A stretch of 64,000 nt of DNA from Moritella sp. (GTDB lineage Bacteria > Pseudomonadota > Gammaproteobacteria > Enterobacterales > Moritellaceae): the NCBI RefSeq assembly GCF_033791185.1, contig NZ_JASJHF010000014.1, positions 46 through 64,045 of the forward strand, read 5' to 3'. Positions 21,103-31,888 of the stretch are shown piece after piece (the stretch's first letter is position 1; each line of letters starts with the position of its first letter). The translations under genes were made by a program, and so were the position numbers. The notes beneath the pieces are model-generated. The model was not told the DNA's origin. It saw only the letters and a list, made by a program, of their open reading frames with translations, and searched no databases.

Positions 21103-21843
21103 CTAATCCTTATCTTGCGTATTGCTGTTATTTACTTGATATTTCTTCAACCAATAACCACTGCACAGACTTAATGCAAATGCCAACGCAAACCATTGCA
21201 CTGCATAGGCGGTGTGCTTTGCTGGTGGCATCACTGTGATACGCCAGCTTTTGCTAAAGCCAACTGGTGAATCTTTATCAAGTTGCAGTAATAATGGTTT
21301 GAGTGGGGTATTTAGGTATGTTTGTAACTGTGAAATAACCGTACGCTGCACCACTAATACATTATTTGTTGCAGTATGCAGATTGCCACCAAGTAACCAA
21401 GGTGAGCCTTGCTGCGCGCTTAACGTGCCAGTTAAATGATAATTGCCCGTAAAGCGAGGGATGATAGGTAGTAATAGTCGTGACGATGGCGCAGCTAACC
21501 ATCCGAGGTTCACTAATAGGCGATGTTCACCGCTATAAAAAGGTAGATATAAGTGATAACCGATACGTTTATTATTGGTTTGATTGTCGAGTAAGATGGG
21601 ATGCTGATTATCAAAAAAACCGGACAATGCCACCTGACGATGCAAGCTATCTGGCGTTATCTGGCTTAATCTGGTGATGACTGTTTGATCAATATCGAGT
21701 AGCGCTTGTTTTTGTTGTGCGCGTTCGAGTTGCCAGCTACCGAGTTTAATACAAACACTAATAGCGAGCAGGCTAAAGACCACAAATCCAATTAAGCGTT
21801 TAGGGTATTTATGCTTTGCTATGGTATTAGCCTTATTTTGCAT
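21103..21843 (-). CDS. SURF1 family cytochrome oxidase assembly protein
   Basis: LGSWQLERAQQK, LLDN, LLVNLGW, HTAYAVQWF. Confidence 0.92.
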   Translation of the reverse strand: MQNKANTIAKHKYPKRLIGFVVFSLLAISVCIKLGSWQLERAQQKQALLDIDQTVITRLSQITPDSLHRQVALSGFFDNQHPILLDNQTNNKRIGYHLYLPFYSGEHRLLVNLGWLAAPSSRLLLPIIPRFTGNYHLTGTLSAQQGSPWLLGGNLHTATNNVLVVQRTVISQLQTYLNTPLKPLLLQLDKDSPVGFSKSWRITVMPPAKHTAYAVQWFALAFALSLCSGYWLKKYQVNNSNTQDKD

Positions 21844-21979
21844 CGTTAGCCTTAATCAATAATCGCTTAGCGCAATATTATAAGCGCCTGTTTGAGCATA
21901 ATATTAAGGATAGAGTTGTTTTAATAAAGTGGTAGGTAAACAGCAGAAAGATTAAATTTATTAGCAGCTTATAGAGGAA

Positions 21980-22004
21980 TATCCCAGCACAGGGTGCTGG
22001 GATA
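21980..22004 (-). terminator. Hairpin directly downstream of pyrC
   Basis: TATCCCAGCAC-AGG-GTGCTGGGATA 11-bp arms, 23 bp past the pyrC stop. Confidence 0.65.
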
Positions 22005-22026
22005 GTAACACATTATGAGTGAGGTG

Positions 22027-23058
22027 TTATTTTACTTGCCAAGCGATTGTTTCGCCAGTTCTGATTGGTACCATTTTAGCATCACCAAAAGGCAGCGTTG
22101 TTGGTACTTGCCATGCAGATTTTTCTAACGTAATAGTGTCAGCGTTGCGTGGTAAGTTATAAAAATCAGGGCCATTGAAGCTGGCAAATGCTTCTAGTTT
22201 ATCAAGGGCATTTTCTTGCTCAAATACTTCAGCGTAAAGTTCAATTGCAGCATGTGAAGTGTAAGCACCAGCACAACCACAAGCTGACTCTTTTTTATCA
22301 TCAGCGTGAGGCGCAGAATCTGTACCCAAGAAGAACTTATTGCTACCGCTTGTCGCCGCTTGAATCAGTGCTGCTTGATGGGTATTACGTTTCAAAATTG
22401 GTAAACAGTAATAGTGCGGCTTAATACCGCCCACTAACATGTGGTTACGATTGAATAATAAGTGATGTGCGGTAATTGTTGCTGCGATATTGTCGCTAGC
22501 ATTATTCACAAACTCAACCGCATCTGCAGTGGTGATGTGTTCAAGCACAATTTTTAAATTGGGAAAATCAGCAATAACTGGTTTTAGCACAGTATCTAAA
22601 TATACTTTTTCACGATCAAAAATATCGATATCTGCATCTGTCACTTCACCGTGTAATAACAGTGGCATACCCGCATCTTGTAATGCTTGTAGTGCAGGGT
22701 AAACATTCTTAATTGAGGTTACACCGGATGATGAATTTGTTGTTGCGCCAGCGGGGTAAAGCTTTGCCGCATAAACGATGCCGGTTGCTTTTGCTGCGCG
22801 GATATCTTCAGCTGTGGTTTGGTCAGTCAAATAGATAGTCATTAATGGACTAAATGCAGAACCTGCAGGTACGTTAGCTAAGATACGTTGGTGATAATCT
22901 TTGGCAATTTCAGCGTTCGTTACTGGCGGTACTAGGTTAGGCATAATAATAGCGCGACCCATGTAACGGCTAATGTCCGCAACAGTATGTTTTAAAACAT
23001 CACCATCTCGAAGGTGCAGGTGCCAGTCGTCTGGGCGGGTGATCGTTAAAGTTTCCAT
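22027..23058 (-). CDS. pyrC: Dihydroorotase (type II)
   Basis: [37 protein letters not shown]. Confidence 0.97.
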   Translation of the reverse strand: METLTITRPDDWHLHLRDGDVLKHTVADISRYMGRAIIMPNLVPPVTNAEIAKDYHQRILANVPAGSAFSPLMTIYLTDQTTAEDIRAAKATGIVYAAKLYPAGATTNSSSGVTSIKNVYPALQALQDAGMPLLLHGEVTDADIDIFDREKVYLDTVLKPVIADFPNLKIVLEHITTADAVEFVNNASDNIAATITAHHLLFNRNHMLVGGIKPHYYCLPILKRNTHQAALIQAATSGSNKFFLGTDSAPHADDKKESACGCAGAYTSHAAIELYAEVFEQENALDKLEAFASFNGPDFYNLPRNADTITLEKSAWQVPTTLPFGDAKMVPIRTGETIAWQVK

Positions 23059-23086
23059 TTGATTTCTCCATCGCTAATTTCCGCAG

Positions 23087-23115
23087 ATTCTAAAGATTAA
23101 TGCTGGTGAAGTCAA
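23087..23115 (-). promoter_or_regulatory. Sigma70 promoter of pyrC
   Basis: Minus strand TTGACT-N17-TAGAAT, 28 bp before the ATG, GGAG SD in between. Confidence 0.8.
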
Positions 23116-23216
23116 AGAGCTAGTAACTATTGATGAGAAAAGACGATACCAAACAAGCCTATTGTTAATTTTAGCTTATTTGATATCGACGTTAGCGATA
23201 CATAGGGGCTGAGTCA

Positions 23217-24113
23217 CTAAACAATGTAGACAAAAATAAACAAAATAATCCAAACTACATCCACAAAGTGCCAATACCAAGCGGAGGCTTCAAAGGCAAA
23301 ATGTTTACCTGGGGTAAAGTGACCATTGATGACCCGTAATAGCATTACAGTTAACATGATCACACCCAAGGTAACGTGCATACCATGAAAACCAGTGAGC
23401 ATATAAAAAGTATTGCCATAGACGCCCGAATCAAAGCGTAACGATAAAGCTTGATAGGCGTGTATGTACTCTTCAGCTTGGAAAAATAAGAACGTAATAC
23501 CTAGAACCACGGTAATAAATAACCAAGTGACTAATTTACCGCGGTGTTTGGCAATCAGATTATGGTGAGCAAAATGTAGTGTCACTGATGAACTAATCAA
23601 AATCACTGTATTAATTAATGGTAATCCATACCAAGGCATTGCTTGGGTTTCTCGACCATCAGGTGTCGTTGTTAGTGGCCATGTGGGGATAAATTCAGAC
23701 CAAATCACGTCATGGGTCATGGCATTATTATCTTCACCACCGAGCCAAGGAATCGACAAGTTACGCAGATAAAATAAAACCCCGAATAACGCCACAAAAA
23801 ACATCACTTCAGAAAATATAAACCATAACATGCCCATTCGAAATGAACGGTCGAGCTGTTCATTGTAGAGCCCTTGCATTGATTCGCTAACGACATTACG
23901 AAACCAACTAAAAAGCATAAACAATAAAACCGCGATACCAACAAATAAAATCGGTATGCCGATGTTGCTGCCTTCCTTACCGACCATTTGTACTGTCGTG
24001 GCAGCGCCAATGGCAATGATAAAAAGTGCAATGGCACCGACTAAAGGCCAAGCACTACTGGCTGGTACATAATAGTTCTTTGGGGCGTTGGCATATTCGT
24101 TATTATCTGGCAT
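23217..24113 (-). CDS. ctaE: Cytochrome c oxidase subunit III
   Basis: GMLWFIFSEVMFF, FYMLTGFHGMHV, AWYWHFVDVVW. Confidence 0.96.
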   Translation of the reverse strand: MPDNNEYANAPKNYYVPASSAWPLVGAIALFIIAIGAATTVQMVGKEGSNIGIPILFVGIAVLLFMLFSWFRNVVSESMQGLYNEQLDRSFRMGMLWFIFSEVMFFVALFGVLFYLRNLSIPWLGGEDNNAMTHDVIWSEFIPTWPLTTTPDGRETQAMPWYGLPLINTVILISSSVTLHFAHHNLIAKHRGKLVTWLFITVVLGITFLFFQAEEYIHAYQALSLRFDSGVYGNTFYMLTGFHGMHVTLGVIMLTVMLLRVINGHFTPGKHFAFEASAWYWHFVDVVWIILFIFVYIV

Positions 24114-24140
24114 TACAAGGCTCCTAGCGCATCGCTACTT

Positions 24141-24686
24141 TTATTGATTCACTGTTAAAGAGGGTGCTGGCTCGTTTTTAAACAGAGTATAGGCGAGGGT
24201 TAATGTCGATATATCTGCGGGGATGTTAGGGTCGATATAAAAGATGAGTGGCATCATTGCCTCTGCATTGGCCGCTAACATTTGCTCTTGAAAGCAAAAG
24301 CATTCAGTCTTAACTAAGTACTGTGCGCCATACCCAGGGCTAATCGACGGGACGGCGCGGCCAAAGGTGTCTTGAGCACTTTGGTTGGTGGCGACAAAGC
24401 TGACTTGATAACGCTCACCGGGATGTAACTCAATGCTGTTAATCTCAGGTTTAAATTGCCAAGGCAGCTGCTTGCTTAGATAGGTGACAAACTCAACCTT
24501 TACAGTGCGAGACTTATCGACAGTTGTCATCGGTACGGATGACTCTCGGCTATAATCTTTGCCGTTTAGCCCGGTAATGTCACAAAACACATCATAGAGT
24601 GGCACTAAGGCAAAACCAAAACCGAACATACCGACGGCGCTAAAAATTAGCAGGCGTAAGTGTTGTTTTATTTTCGGCGCTGTCAT
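24141..24686 (-). CDS. ctaG: Cytochrome c oxidase assembly protein CtaG/Cox11
   Basis: VPLYDVFCDITGLNG, KTECFCF copper motif. Confidence 0.95.
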   Translation of the reverse strand: MTAPKIKQHLRLLIFSAVGMFGFGFALVPLYDVFCDITGLNGKDYSRESSVPMTTVDKSRTVKVEFVTYLSKQLPWQFKPEINSIELHPGERYQVSFVATNQSAQDTFGRAVPSISPGYGAQYLVKTECFCFQEQMLAANAEAMMPLIFYIDPNIPADISTLTLAYTLFKNEPAPSLTVNQ

Positions 24687-26308
24687 TACTTCACCTCTGG
24701 CGGTGTGTCAAAGGTGTGATAAGGCGCTGGTGAAGGCACTGTCCATTCTAACCCTTCAGCACCTTCCCATGGTTTTGCTGGGGCTTTTTGACCACCACGA
24801 ACCGCCATAATAACTACAGTAACGAAAATCAACTGAGACAGCCCAAACAGGAAACCACCAATACTGACTATTTTATTGATATCAGCAAATTGCAATGCGT
24901 AGTCAGGAATTCGGCGTGGCATACCGGCAAGCCCTAAGAAATGCATAGGGAAAAACAGGATGTTGACCGAGATAAGTGAACACCAAAAATGCCATTTACC
25001 CAATGTTTCATTGAACATATAACCTGTCCATTTCGGTAGCCAGTAATAGGCCGCTGCCATAATCGAGAACACCGCGCCAGTCACCAGTACGTAATGAAAG
25101 TGAGCCACCACAAAATAGGTGTCATGGTATTGGAAGTCAGCGGGGGTGATAGCCAGCATTAATCCTGAGAAACCACCAATAGTAAACAGGACGATGAATG
25201 CCAGTGAAAATAGCATCGGCACTTCAAAAGTAATTGAACCACGCCACAGGGTTGATACCCAATTAAATATTTTTACCCCAGTTGGCACTGATATAAGCAT
25301 GGTGCAATACATAAAGAATAGTTCTGCGGCGAGCGGTAAGCCGACAGTAAACATGTGATGTGCCCACACGGTGAAACTCAAAATAGCAATGGATGCTGTG
25401 GCGTACACCATCGAGTGATAGCCAAATAATTGTTTACGAGCAAAGGTCGGAATGATCGCTGAGATGATGCCAAATGATGGCAAGATCATAATATACACTT
25501 CGGGATGACCAAAGAACCAGAATATATGTTGGAAGAGTACCGGATCACCACCACCTGCCGCATCAAAGAAACTGGTACCAAAATACTTATCGGTCAAGAT
25601 CATAGTCACTGCACCCGCTAATACTGGCATCACAGCAATTAATAGGAATGCGGTAATTAACCAAGTCCACACGAACATTGGCATTTTCATTAATGTCATG
25701 CCCGGTGCGCGCATATTTAAAATTGTCACGATGACGTTAATTGCGCCCATTATTGAGCTTATCCCCATTAAATGCACTGAGAATACAAACATAGCGGTAC
25801 TATCGGGACTGTATTTAGTTGATAACGGTGGATAGAAGGTCCAACCAAAGTTAGGGCCGCCACCTTCGGTAAATAGTGATAACAGCAATAATGAAAAGGC
25901 AAACGGTAAAATCCAAAAGCTCCAGTTATTCATGCGTGGCAGCGCCATATCCGGCGCACCTATCATCAGCGGTAACATCCAGTTAGCTAAGCCAACAAAA
26001 GCCGGCATAACGGCGCCAAACACCATGATGAGTCCATGTGATGTGGTCATTTGGTTGAAAAAATTAGGTTCAACTAACTGCAGACCAGGCTGGAATAGTT
26101 CTGCGCGAATGATCATGGCCATGGCGCCACCAATAAAAAACATGGTTAAGCTAAACCACAGATACAGGCTACCAATGTCTTTGTGGTTAGTCGAAAACAA
26201 CCAACGTTTGTAACCTTTTGGTGCGCCGTGGTGTTCGTCATCGTGGTGTGAATCAGAAATAGAGTTAATTACTTGCTCTGCATTATTTTTCAAATGTATA
26301 TCGCTCAT
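24686..26308 (-). CDS. ctaD: Cytochrome c oxidase subunit I (A1 type)
   Basis: GHPEVYI, WAHH, VVAHFHYV, GMPRRIPDY. Confidence 0.97.
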   Translation of the reverse strand: MSDIHLKNNAEQVINSISDSHHDDEHHGAPKGYKRWLFSTNHKDIGSLYLWFSLTMFFIGGAMAMIIRAELFQPGLQLVEPNFFNQMTTSHGLIMVFGAVMPAFVGLANWMLPLMIGAPDMALPRMNNWSFWILPFAFSLLLLSLFTEGGGPNFGWTFYPPLSTKYSPDSTAMFVFSVHLMGISSIMGAINVIVTILNMRAPGMTLMKMPMFVWTWLITAFLLIAVMPVLAGAVTMILTDKYFGTSFFDAAGGGDPVLFQHIFWFFGHPEVYIMILPSFGIISAIIPTFARKQLFGYHSMVYATASIAILSFTVWAHHMFTVGLPLAAELFFMYCTMLISVPTGVKIFNWVSTLWRGSITFEVPMLFSLAFIVLFTIGGFSGLMLAITPADFQYHDTYFVVAHFHYVLVTGAVFSIMAAAYYWLPKWTGYMFNETLGKWHFWCSLISVNILFFPMHFLGLAGMPRRIPDYALQFADINKIVSIGGFLFGLSQLIFVTVVIMAVRGGQKAPAKPWEGAEGLEWTVPSPAPYHTFDTPPEVK

Positions 26309-26330
26309 GTGCAGTCCCTTGAATTACCGA

Positions 26331-27476
26331 TTAGTTGCCATTGCTTAATGCAGTGTCGATTTGCGCTGGCTGTACAATGTCACCGGTATTATTTTCCCAA
26401 GCATTACGTTCATAGGTGATAACTGCTGCGAGCTCTTTTTTAGTTAATTGTTTGGCAAATGCTGCCATTGCGGTGCCGGACACTCCGTGCAGGACAATAT
26501 CAATGTGTTTATTCACATCGCCAAGTGCAATTGGACTGTCTTTAAGTGCTGGGAATGCGCCAGGAATACCGAGCCCTCCAGCTTGATGGCAAGCTGCGCA
26601 AGTACGGTTATAGACTTCCTCGCCGAGCGTCATCATTGCCGGCATATCTAGCGTTTGCGTCAGACTTTGCTGCTCTGCTTGTAGCTGTTGTTTGGCTGTT
26701 ACTTTTGCTTGCGCTAACCAAGTATCAAATGCTGCAGGCTCTAGCGCGGTGACCACAATCGGCATGAAACCATGATCTTTACCACATAACTCAGCGCATT
26801 GGCCGCGGTAGGTTCCTGGTGTATCAATCTTGGTCCAAGCTTCATTAATAAAACCCGGATTGGCATCTTTCTTTACGGCAAAGGCTGGTACCCACCATGA
26901 ATGGATAACATCATCAGCGGTGATCAAAAAACGGATTTTTTTATTGGTGGGTAATACTAGCGGGTTATCGACGTCTTTGAGGTAATGCGGCTGTTTTTCT
27001 ACTTCATTATTGATTTCTGCTTGGCTGGTGGTTAAACGGCTGTAAAACTCAAGATCATCATCGAAATAGCGATAATGCCACTTCCATTGTGACCCCGTGA
27101 TTTGAATGGTGATATCCGCTTCTGTGGTATCTTCCATCAGAATTAGCGCTTGTGTTGAGGGGATCGCCATACCAATTAAGATAACAATGGGGATAGCAGT
27201 CCAAATAATTTCGACTGTGGTGCTTTCATGGAATTTGGCTGCTACAGCCCCTTTGGACTTACGATGACGATATAAAGACCAGAACATAATGCTAAACACG
27301 ATCACTGCAATAGCAATACAGATATAGAGAATGGTCATGTGTAAGTTATAGACGGTATTACTGATACCGGTGACGCCCTCGGTCATATTTAGTGTCGACT
27401 GCTGGGCAAGTAGTGGTGTTGATACAATCCCTAGTACAAATGCGATTAATGTTATTGTTAGTTTAGATAAGCGCAC
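26331..27476 (-). CDS. ctaC: Cytochrome c oxidase subunit II with C-terminal cytochrome c domain (GTG at 27476)
   Basis: DVIHSW, CAELCGKDHGFM CuA motif, CAACH heme motif; SD GAGGGAGG before the GTG. Confidence 0.95.
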   Translation of the reverse strand: MRLSKLTITLIAFVLGIVSTPLLAQQSTLNMTEGVTGISNTVYNLHMTILYICIAIAVIVFSIMFWSLYRHRKSKGAVAAKFHESTTVEIIWTAIPIVILIGMAIPSTQALILMEDTTEADITIQITGSQWKWHYRYFDDDLEFYSRLTTSQAEINNEVEKQPHYLKDVDNPLVLPTNKKIRFLITADDVIHSWWVPAFAVKKDANPGFINEAWTKIDTPGTYRGQCAELCGKDHGFMPIVVTALEPAAFDTWLAQAKVTAKQQLQAEQQSLTQTLDMPAMMTLGEEVYNRTCAACHQAGGLGIPGAFPALKDSPIALGDVNKHIDIVLHGVSGTAMAAFAKQLTKKELAAVITYERNAWENNTGDIVQPAQIDTALSNGN

Positions 27477-27599
27477 ATAACCTCCCTCAAAATTATCCAT
27501 AATGACTCGCAAAATATAGATTAGATAATGAGTGAATTGTGTTAGCTCTCTGTGACAACTGTCAGCACTTAACAATCCACTGTTATTTGCCGAAGTATA

Positions 27600-27614
27600 G
27601 TTACAGAAATGTTA
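27600..27614. promoter_or_regulatory. ArcA-like box upstream of the cox operon
   Basis: GTTACAGAAATGTTA, 12/15 to GTTAATTAAATGTTA; a CRP-like TGTGA-N6-TCAGC lies at 27551-27566. Confidence 0.45.
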
Positions 27615-27658
27615 ATTGCGCTATTTATGATGAAGATAAAGTACTTTATCTATGAGCC

Positions 27659-27931
27659 TCAAGCATTGAAGGTGACGATTTCAAATGATTGTTTTAGTGC
27701 TGATATTTGTTCTTGTAACTTCTTTATGTGACAAGCCACAGATAGCGACAAGTCTTGCAGGTCTTGCTCTTTGACACTTTCTAAGCGCATTACTTTTAAT
27801 TTGATAATTTGGGTGTCGGTCATGAGATTATCAATATGTTGCATCATTTCTGGGTTGGGGTATTTTTCTTTGAGCGATTCTAGCTGATTGGTAAAATCTA
27901 GAAATGCACGCTCAATCTCGATAAGGGTCAT
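27659..27931 (-). CDS. Small hypothetical coiled-coil protein (ATG at 27931)
   Basis: Heptad-like MTLIEIERAFLDFTNQLESLKEK...; GGAG upstream. Confidence 0.55.
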   Translation of the reverse strand: MTLIEIERAFLDFTNQLESLKEKYPNPEMMQHIDNLMTDTQIIKLKVMRLESVKEQDLQDLSLSVACHIKKLQEQISALKQSFEIVTFNA

Positions 27932-28350
27932 AGCAACTCCGAACTGCAATTTAAAGGAATTAATCTGGCTAACGTCAAATTGATTATAGTGTAATTTTTA
28001 ATTTTATACTGCTCAGCAATACTGTTTGTTATGGGTTGGCGCTATGGGGAATTTACATCAACGTAGTGAGACTCGATTAGATTAGCGGAGATTCTGGATC
28101 TTATCGGTGATGGTGAGTAATTAACCAAAGTGAAGATATAAAACTGTAAATTTGTTGTTTTTCATCTTATTTAGCCATAAAAGTCATTTTTGTTCTTGAA
28201 TTTTAACTTTTCATCCATACATTATAAGCAAATAAAATATTAAAGTGCTATTTAGAGTGGCAATGCTCGATTTTTTTCTTGCTGCTAGCTATAATATCGC
28301 GTCTTAAATTTCCAGTTGGAAATGTTAATAAATTCATTAGAGGTATCTAA

Positions 28351-29661
28351 ATGCAAGTTTCTGTAGAAACGACTCAAGGCCTAGAGCGCCGTTTAACTAT
28401 CACAGTTCCAGCTGCAACAGTTAGCAAAGAAATCGACAACCGTTTACGTGGTTTAGCAAAAACTCAACGTATCGATGGTTTCCGTCCAGGTAAAGTACCA
28501 GCTAAAGTAATCAAAAAACGCTTTGGCGCTGCTGTAGCTGAAGAAGTTGCTGGCGAAATCATGCAACGTAACTTCTACGAAGCAATCGTAGCAGAAAAAC
28601 TAAACCTTGCTGGTGCTCCAACACTTGAACCTGCACAAGTTAAAGAAGGCGAAGATTTCTCTTTCACTGCAACGCTTGAAGTTTACCCAGAATTCGAAGT
28701 TGCTGGTATCGAAGCAATCGAAATCGAAAAATCAGTATCTTCAGTAACAGACGCTGATGTTGATGGCATGATCGAAACTTTACGTAAGCAACACGCTGAG
28801 TGGGTTACTGCTGATCGCGCTGCTGAAGCTAACGACCAAGTTAAAGTTGACTTTAACGGTAGCATCGACGGTGTTGAATTTGAAGGCGGCAAAGCTGAAG
28901 ATTTCACACTAGCTATGGGCCAAGGTCGTATGATCCCTGGTTTCGAAGAAGGCATCGTAGGTAAATCTGCAGGCGAAGAGTTCACTGTTGAAGTAACTTT
29001 CCCAGAAGAATACCATGCAGAAAACCTGAAAGGTAAAACTGCAAGCTTCGCTATTAAGCTAAACGCTGTTGAAGCGCAAGAACTTCCTGAAATTAATGCT
29101 GAATTCGTAGGTAAATTCGGTGTTGAAGACGGTACTCTTGAGTCTCTAAAAACTGAAATCAGCAAAAACATGAGCCGTGAACTTGAGCAAGCTATCAAAG
29201 CTGACACAAAAACTAAAGTGCTTGACGCATTAGTTTCATCAAATGACATCGACGTTCCTGCTGCACTAGTTAAGCAAGAAATCGTTACATTACGTGAACA
29301 AGCTATGCAACGTTTTGGCCAAATGGCACCACAAAACGCACCAGAACTTCCTGATGAATTATTCACAGAGCAAGCTAGCCGTCGTGTTAAAATCGGTCTA
29401 GTTCTTGGTGAATTCATCAAAGTAAACGAAATCACTGCAGATGACGCACGTGTTCAAGATATGATCGCATCTATGGCTTCTGCATACGAAGATCCAGCTG
29501 AAGTAATCGCACACTACAAAGACAACGAACAAGCACTAGAAAACGTTCGTAACGTAGCTGTTGAAGACCAAGCTATTGATTTAGTATTAGAAAAAGCAAA
29601 CGTGACAGAAAAAGAAGTTGCGTTTGAAGAGCTAATGAATAAAGCGAGTCAAAACGCATAA
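28351..29661 (+). CDS. tig: Trigger factor
   Basis: [25 protein letters not shown] signature, FKBP domain; strong codon bias. Confidence 0.98.
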   Translation: MQVSVETTQGLERRLTITVPAATVSKEIDNRLRGLAKTQRIDGFRPGKVPAKVIKKRFGAAVAEEVAGEIMQRNFYEAIVAEKLNLAGAPTLEPAQVKEGEDFSFTATLEVYPEFEVAGIEAIEIEKSVSSVTDADVDGMIETLRKQHAEWVTADRAAEANDQVKVDFNGSIDGVEFEGGKAEDFTLAMGQGRMIPGFEEGIVGKSAGEEFTVEVTFPEEYHAENLKGKTASFAIKLNAVEAQELPEINAEFVGKFGVEDGTLESLKTEISKNMSRELEQAIKADTKTKVLDALVSSNDIDVPAALVKQEIVTLREQAMQRFGQMAPQNAPELPDELFTEQASRRVKIGLVLGEFIKVNEITADDARVQDMIASMASAYEDPAEVIAHYKDNEQALENVRNVAVEDQAIDLVLEKANVTEKEVAFEELMNKASQNA

Positions 29662-29755
29662 TTGTTGATTAGATTGAACAAAATACGTAATTAAGCGCTA
29701 TAATGGCTCGAGTGAGGGTATTTCACTTGGGCCATTTTTATTTAGGGATGATAAT

Positions 29756-30379
29756 ATGTCACAATTCTTTAATGATATCACAGAGTCTCCGTCAAACGCG
29801 TTAGTACCAATGGTTGTTGAACAAACAGCTAAAGGCGAGCGCTCTTATGACATCTATTCTCGACTTTTAAAAGACCGTGTAATCTTTTTGACTGGCCAGG
29901 TCGAAGATCATATGGCTAATCTTGTTGTTGCACAGTTACTTTTCTTAGAATCAGAAAACCCAGATAAAGATATTTTCCTTTATATCAATTCTCCAGGTGG
30001 TTCTGTTAGTGCTGGTATGTCAATTTATGACACGATGCAATTTATTAAGCCAAACGTATCTACCATTTGTATGGGTATGGCTGCGAGTATGGGTGCATTC
30101 CTACTTGCTGGTGGCGAAAAAGGTAAGCGTCACGCATTACCGAATGCTAAGATTATGATTCACCAACCTTTAGGTGGTTATCAAGGTCAAGCATCTGATA
30201 TTGAAATTCACGCCAATGAGATTATTAAAACTAAGCGTAAATTAAATGAAATATTAGCTGAACATACAGGTCAAGAATTTGATCGTCTTGCGGCTGATAC
30301 AGATCGTGATAATTATATGACGTCAGCTGAAGCGATGGATTACGGTCTTATCGATACAGTAATAACAAAACGTGACTAA
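29756..30379 (+). CDS. clpP: ATP-dependent Clp protease proteolytic subunit
   Basis: [35 protein letters not shown]. Confidence 0.98.
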   Translation: MSQFFNDITESPSNALVPMVVEQTAKGERSYDIYSRLLKDRVIFLTGQVEDHMANLVVAQLLFLESENPDKDIFLYINSPGGSVSAGMSIYDTMQFIKPNVSTICMGMAASMGAFLLAGGEKGKRHALPNAKIMIHQPLGGYQGQASDIEIHANEIIKTKRKLNEILAEHTGQEFDRLAADTDRDNYMTSAEAMDYGLIDTVITKRD

Positions 30380-30459
30380 GTAATTTTTGACAGGTCGATT
30401 GTCTTTTAGCCATAATAAGATTAGGCATGGGGCTTTCACCTGTAATGTGAGGTTATCGA

Positions 30460-31734
30460 ATGACAGAAACAAAAAATGGGGATAACGGTAAACTACTCTA
30501 TTGTTCTTTTTGTGGCAAAAGCCAACATGAAGTACGTAAGTTAATTGCTGGCCCATCTGTCTACATTTGTGATGAATGTGTTGATCTTTGTAACGATATA
30601 ATTCGTGAAGAGATTAAAGAAATTGCACCAAAACGTGAAGGTGATGAATTACCGACACCGCATCAAATTCGTGGCAAGTTAGATGATTACGTCATTGGCC
30701 AAGATCATGCTAAGAAAGTATTAGCAGTTGCGGTATACAATCACTATAAGCGTTTACGCAATGGCGATACATCCAATGGTGTAGAACTAGGTAAGAGTAA
30801 TATCTTGTTAATTGGTCCAACTGGTAGTGGTAAAACATTATTAGCTGAAACACTAGCACGTATTCTTGATGTACCTTTTACTATGGCTGATGCAACAACA
30901 TTAACTGAAGCTGGTTATGTTGGTGAAGATGTTGAAAATATTATTCAGAAATTATTGCAAAAATGCGATTATGACGTAGAAAAAGCCCAACGTGGTATTG
31001 TCTATATCGATGAAATTGATAAGATTTCGCGCAAATCTGATAATCCATCTATTACTCGTGACGTATCGGGTGAAGGTGTTCAGCAAGCATTGCTAAAACT
31101 TATTGAAGGGACTGTTGCTTCAGTACCACCACAAGGTGGTCGTAAGCATCCTCAACAAGAGTTTTTACAAGTAGACACATCTAAGATCTTATTTATCTGT
31201 GGTGGTGCATTTGCTGGTTTAGACAAAGTGATTGAAATGCGTAATAACGTTGGTAGCGGTATCGGCTTTACGGCGGAAGTGAAGGGTGAAGCTGAAAAAG
31301 CAACTTTATCTCAAATCTTCGCAAAAGTTGAACCTCAAGATTTGGTTAAATTCGGTCTTATCCCTGAGTTTATCGGTCGTTTACCTGTGACTGCGACATT
31401 AACAGAACTTGATGAAGCTGCATTGATTCAGATCTTAACAGAACCGAAAAATGCACTGACTAAACAGTACGCTGCATTATTCGATTTAGAAGGTGTTGAA
31501 TTAGAGTTCCGTGAAGATGCACTCGCTGCAATTGCACATAAAGCGATGTCTCGAAATACCGGTGCTCGTGGTTTACGCTCTATTGTAGAAGCTGTTTTAC
31601 TCGATACTATGTATGATCTTCCTTCAGTTGAAGATATTAGCAAAGTTGTGATTGATGAGTCTGTAATTAAAGAAGAATCAGCACCAATTTTGATTTATGA
31701 AAATACTGAAAATCAGGCTGTATCAGCAGACTAG
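30460..31734 (+). CDS. clpX: Clp protease ATP-binding subunit
   Basis: CSFCGK...CDEC zinc finger, [14 protein letters not shown]. Confidence 0.98.
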   Translation: MTETKNGDNGKLLYCSFCGKSQHEVRKLIAGPSVYICDECVDLCNDIIREEIKEIAPKREGDELPTPHQIRGKLDDYVIGQDHAKKVLAVAVYNHYKRLRNGDTSNGVELGKSNILLIGPTGSGKTLLAETLARILDVPFTMADATTLTEAGYVGEDVENIIQKLLQKCDYDVEKAQRGIVYIDEIDKISRKSDNPSITRDVSGEGVQQALLKLIEGTVASVPPQGGRKHPQQEFLQVDTSKILFICGGAFAGLDKVIEMRNNVGSGIGFTAEVKGEAEKATLSQIFAKVEPQDLVKFGLIPEFIGRLPVTATLTELDEAALIQILTEPKNALTKQYAALFDLEGVELEFREDALAAIAHKAMSRNTGARGLRSIVEAVLLDTMYDLPSVEDISKVVIDESVIKEESAPILIYENTENQAVSAD

Positions 31735-31760
31735 TGTTAGATTTTTAAGCACTTACTGTT

Positions 31761-31787
31761 AAAAAGGGGCGCAATGCCCCTTTTTTT
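31761..31787 (+). terminator. Rho-independent terminator after clpX
   Basis: AAAAAGGGGC-GCAAT-GCCCCTTTTTTT. Confidence 0.85.
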
Positions 31788-31816
31788 ATATTATTTTTCA
31801 TATTTTAAGCCCCTGG

Positions 31817-31845
31817 CATTGATTGTTTAGTAAAAAGCCCTATAT
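31817..31845 (+). promoter_or_regulatory. Sigma32-like promoter of lon
   Basis: CATTGA-N15-CCCTATAT versus consensus CTTGAA-N13-17-CCCCATNT; lon is a known sigma32 target. Confidence 0.6.
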
Positions 31846-31888
31846 ATTCAATATTAGCCCTTAGTCCAGTTTTATAAGTGAGGACAAG

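Noticed and set aside
23059-23086. E. coli-type CTP/GTP start-site switch hairpin in the pyrC leader
   Set aside because: No CTCC-type sequence in the leader able to pair with the GGAG SD
28195-28220. Sigma32-like CTTGAA-N13-TCCATAC upstream of tig
   Set aside because: -10 match is poor and it is about 130 bp from the start; not distinguishable from chance in AT-rich DNA
28683-29435. 250-aa antisense ORF inside tig (and the many 60-130 aa ORFs overlapping known genes)
   Set aside because: Shadow frames expected from the strong codon bias of the real genes; no SD, motif or independent context
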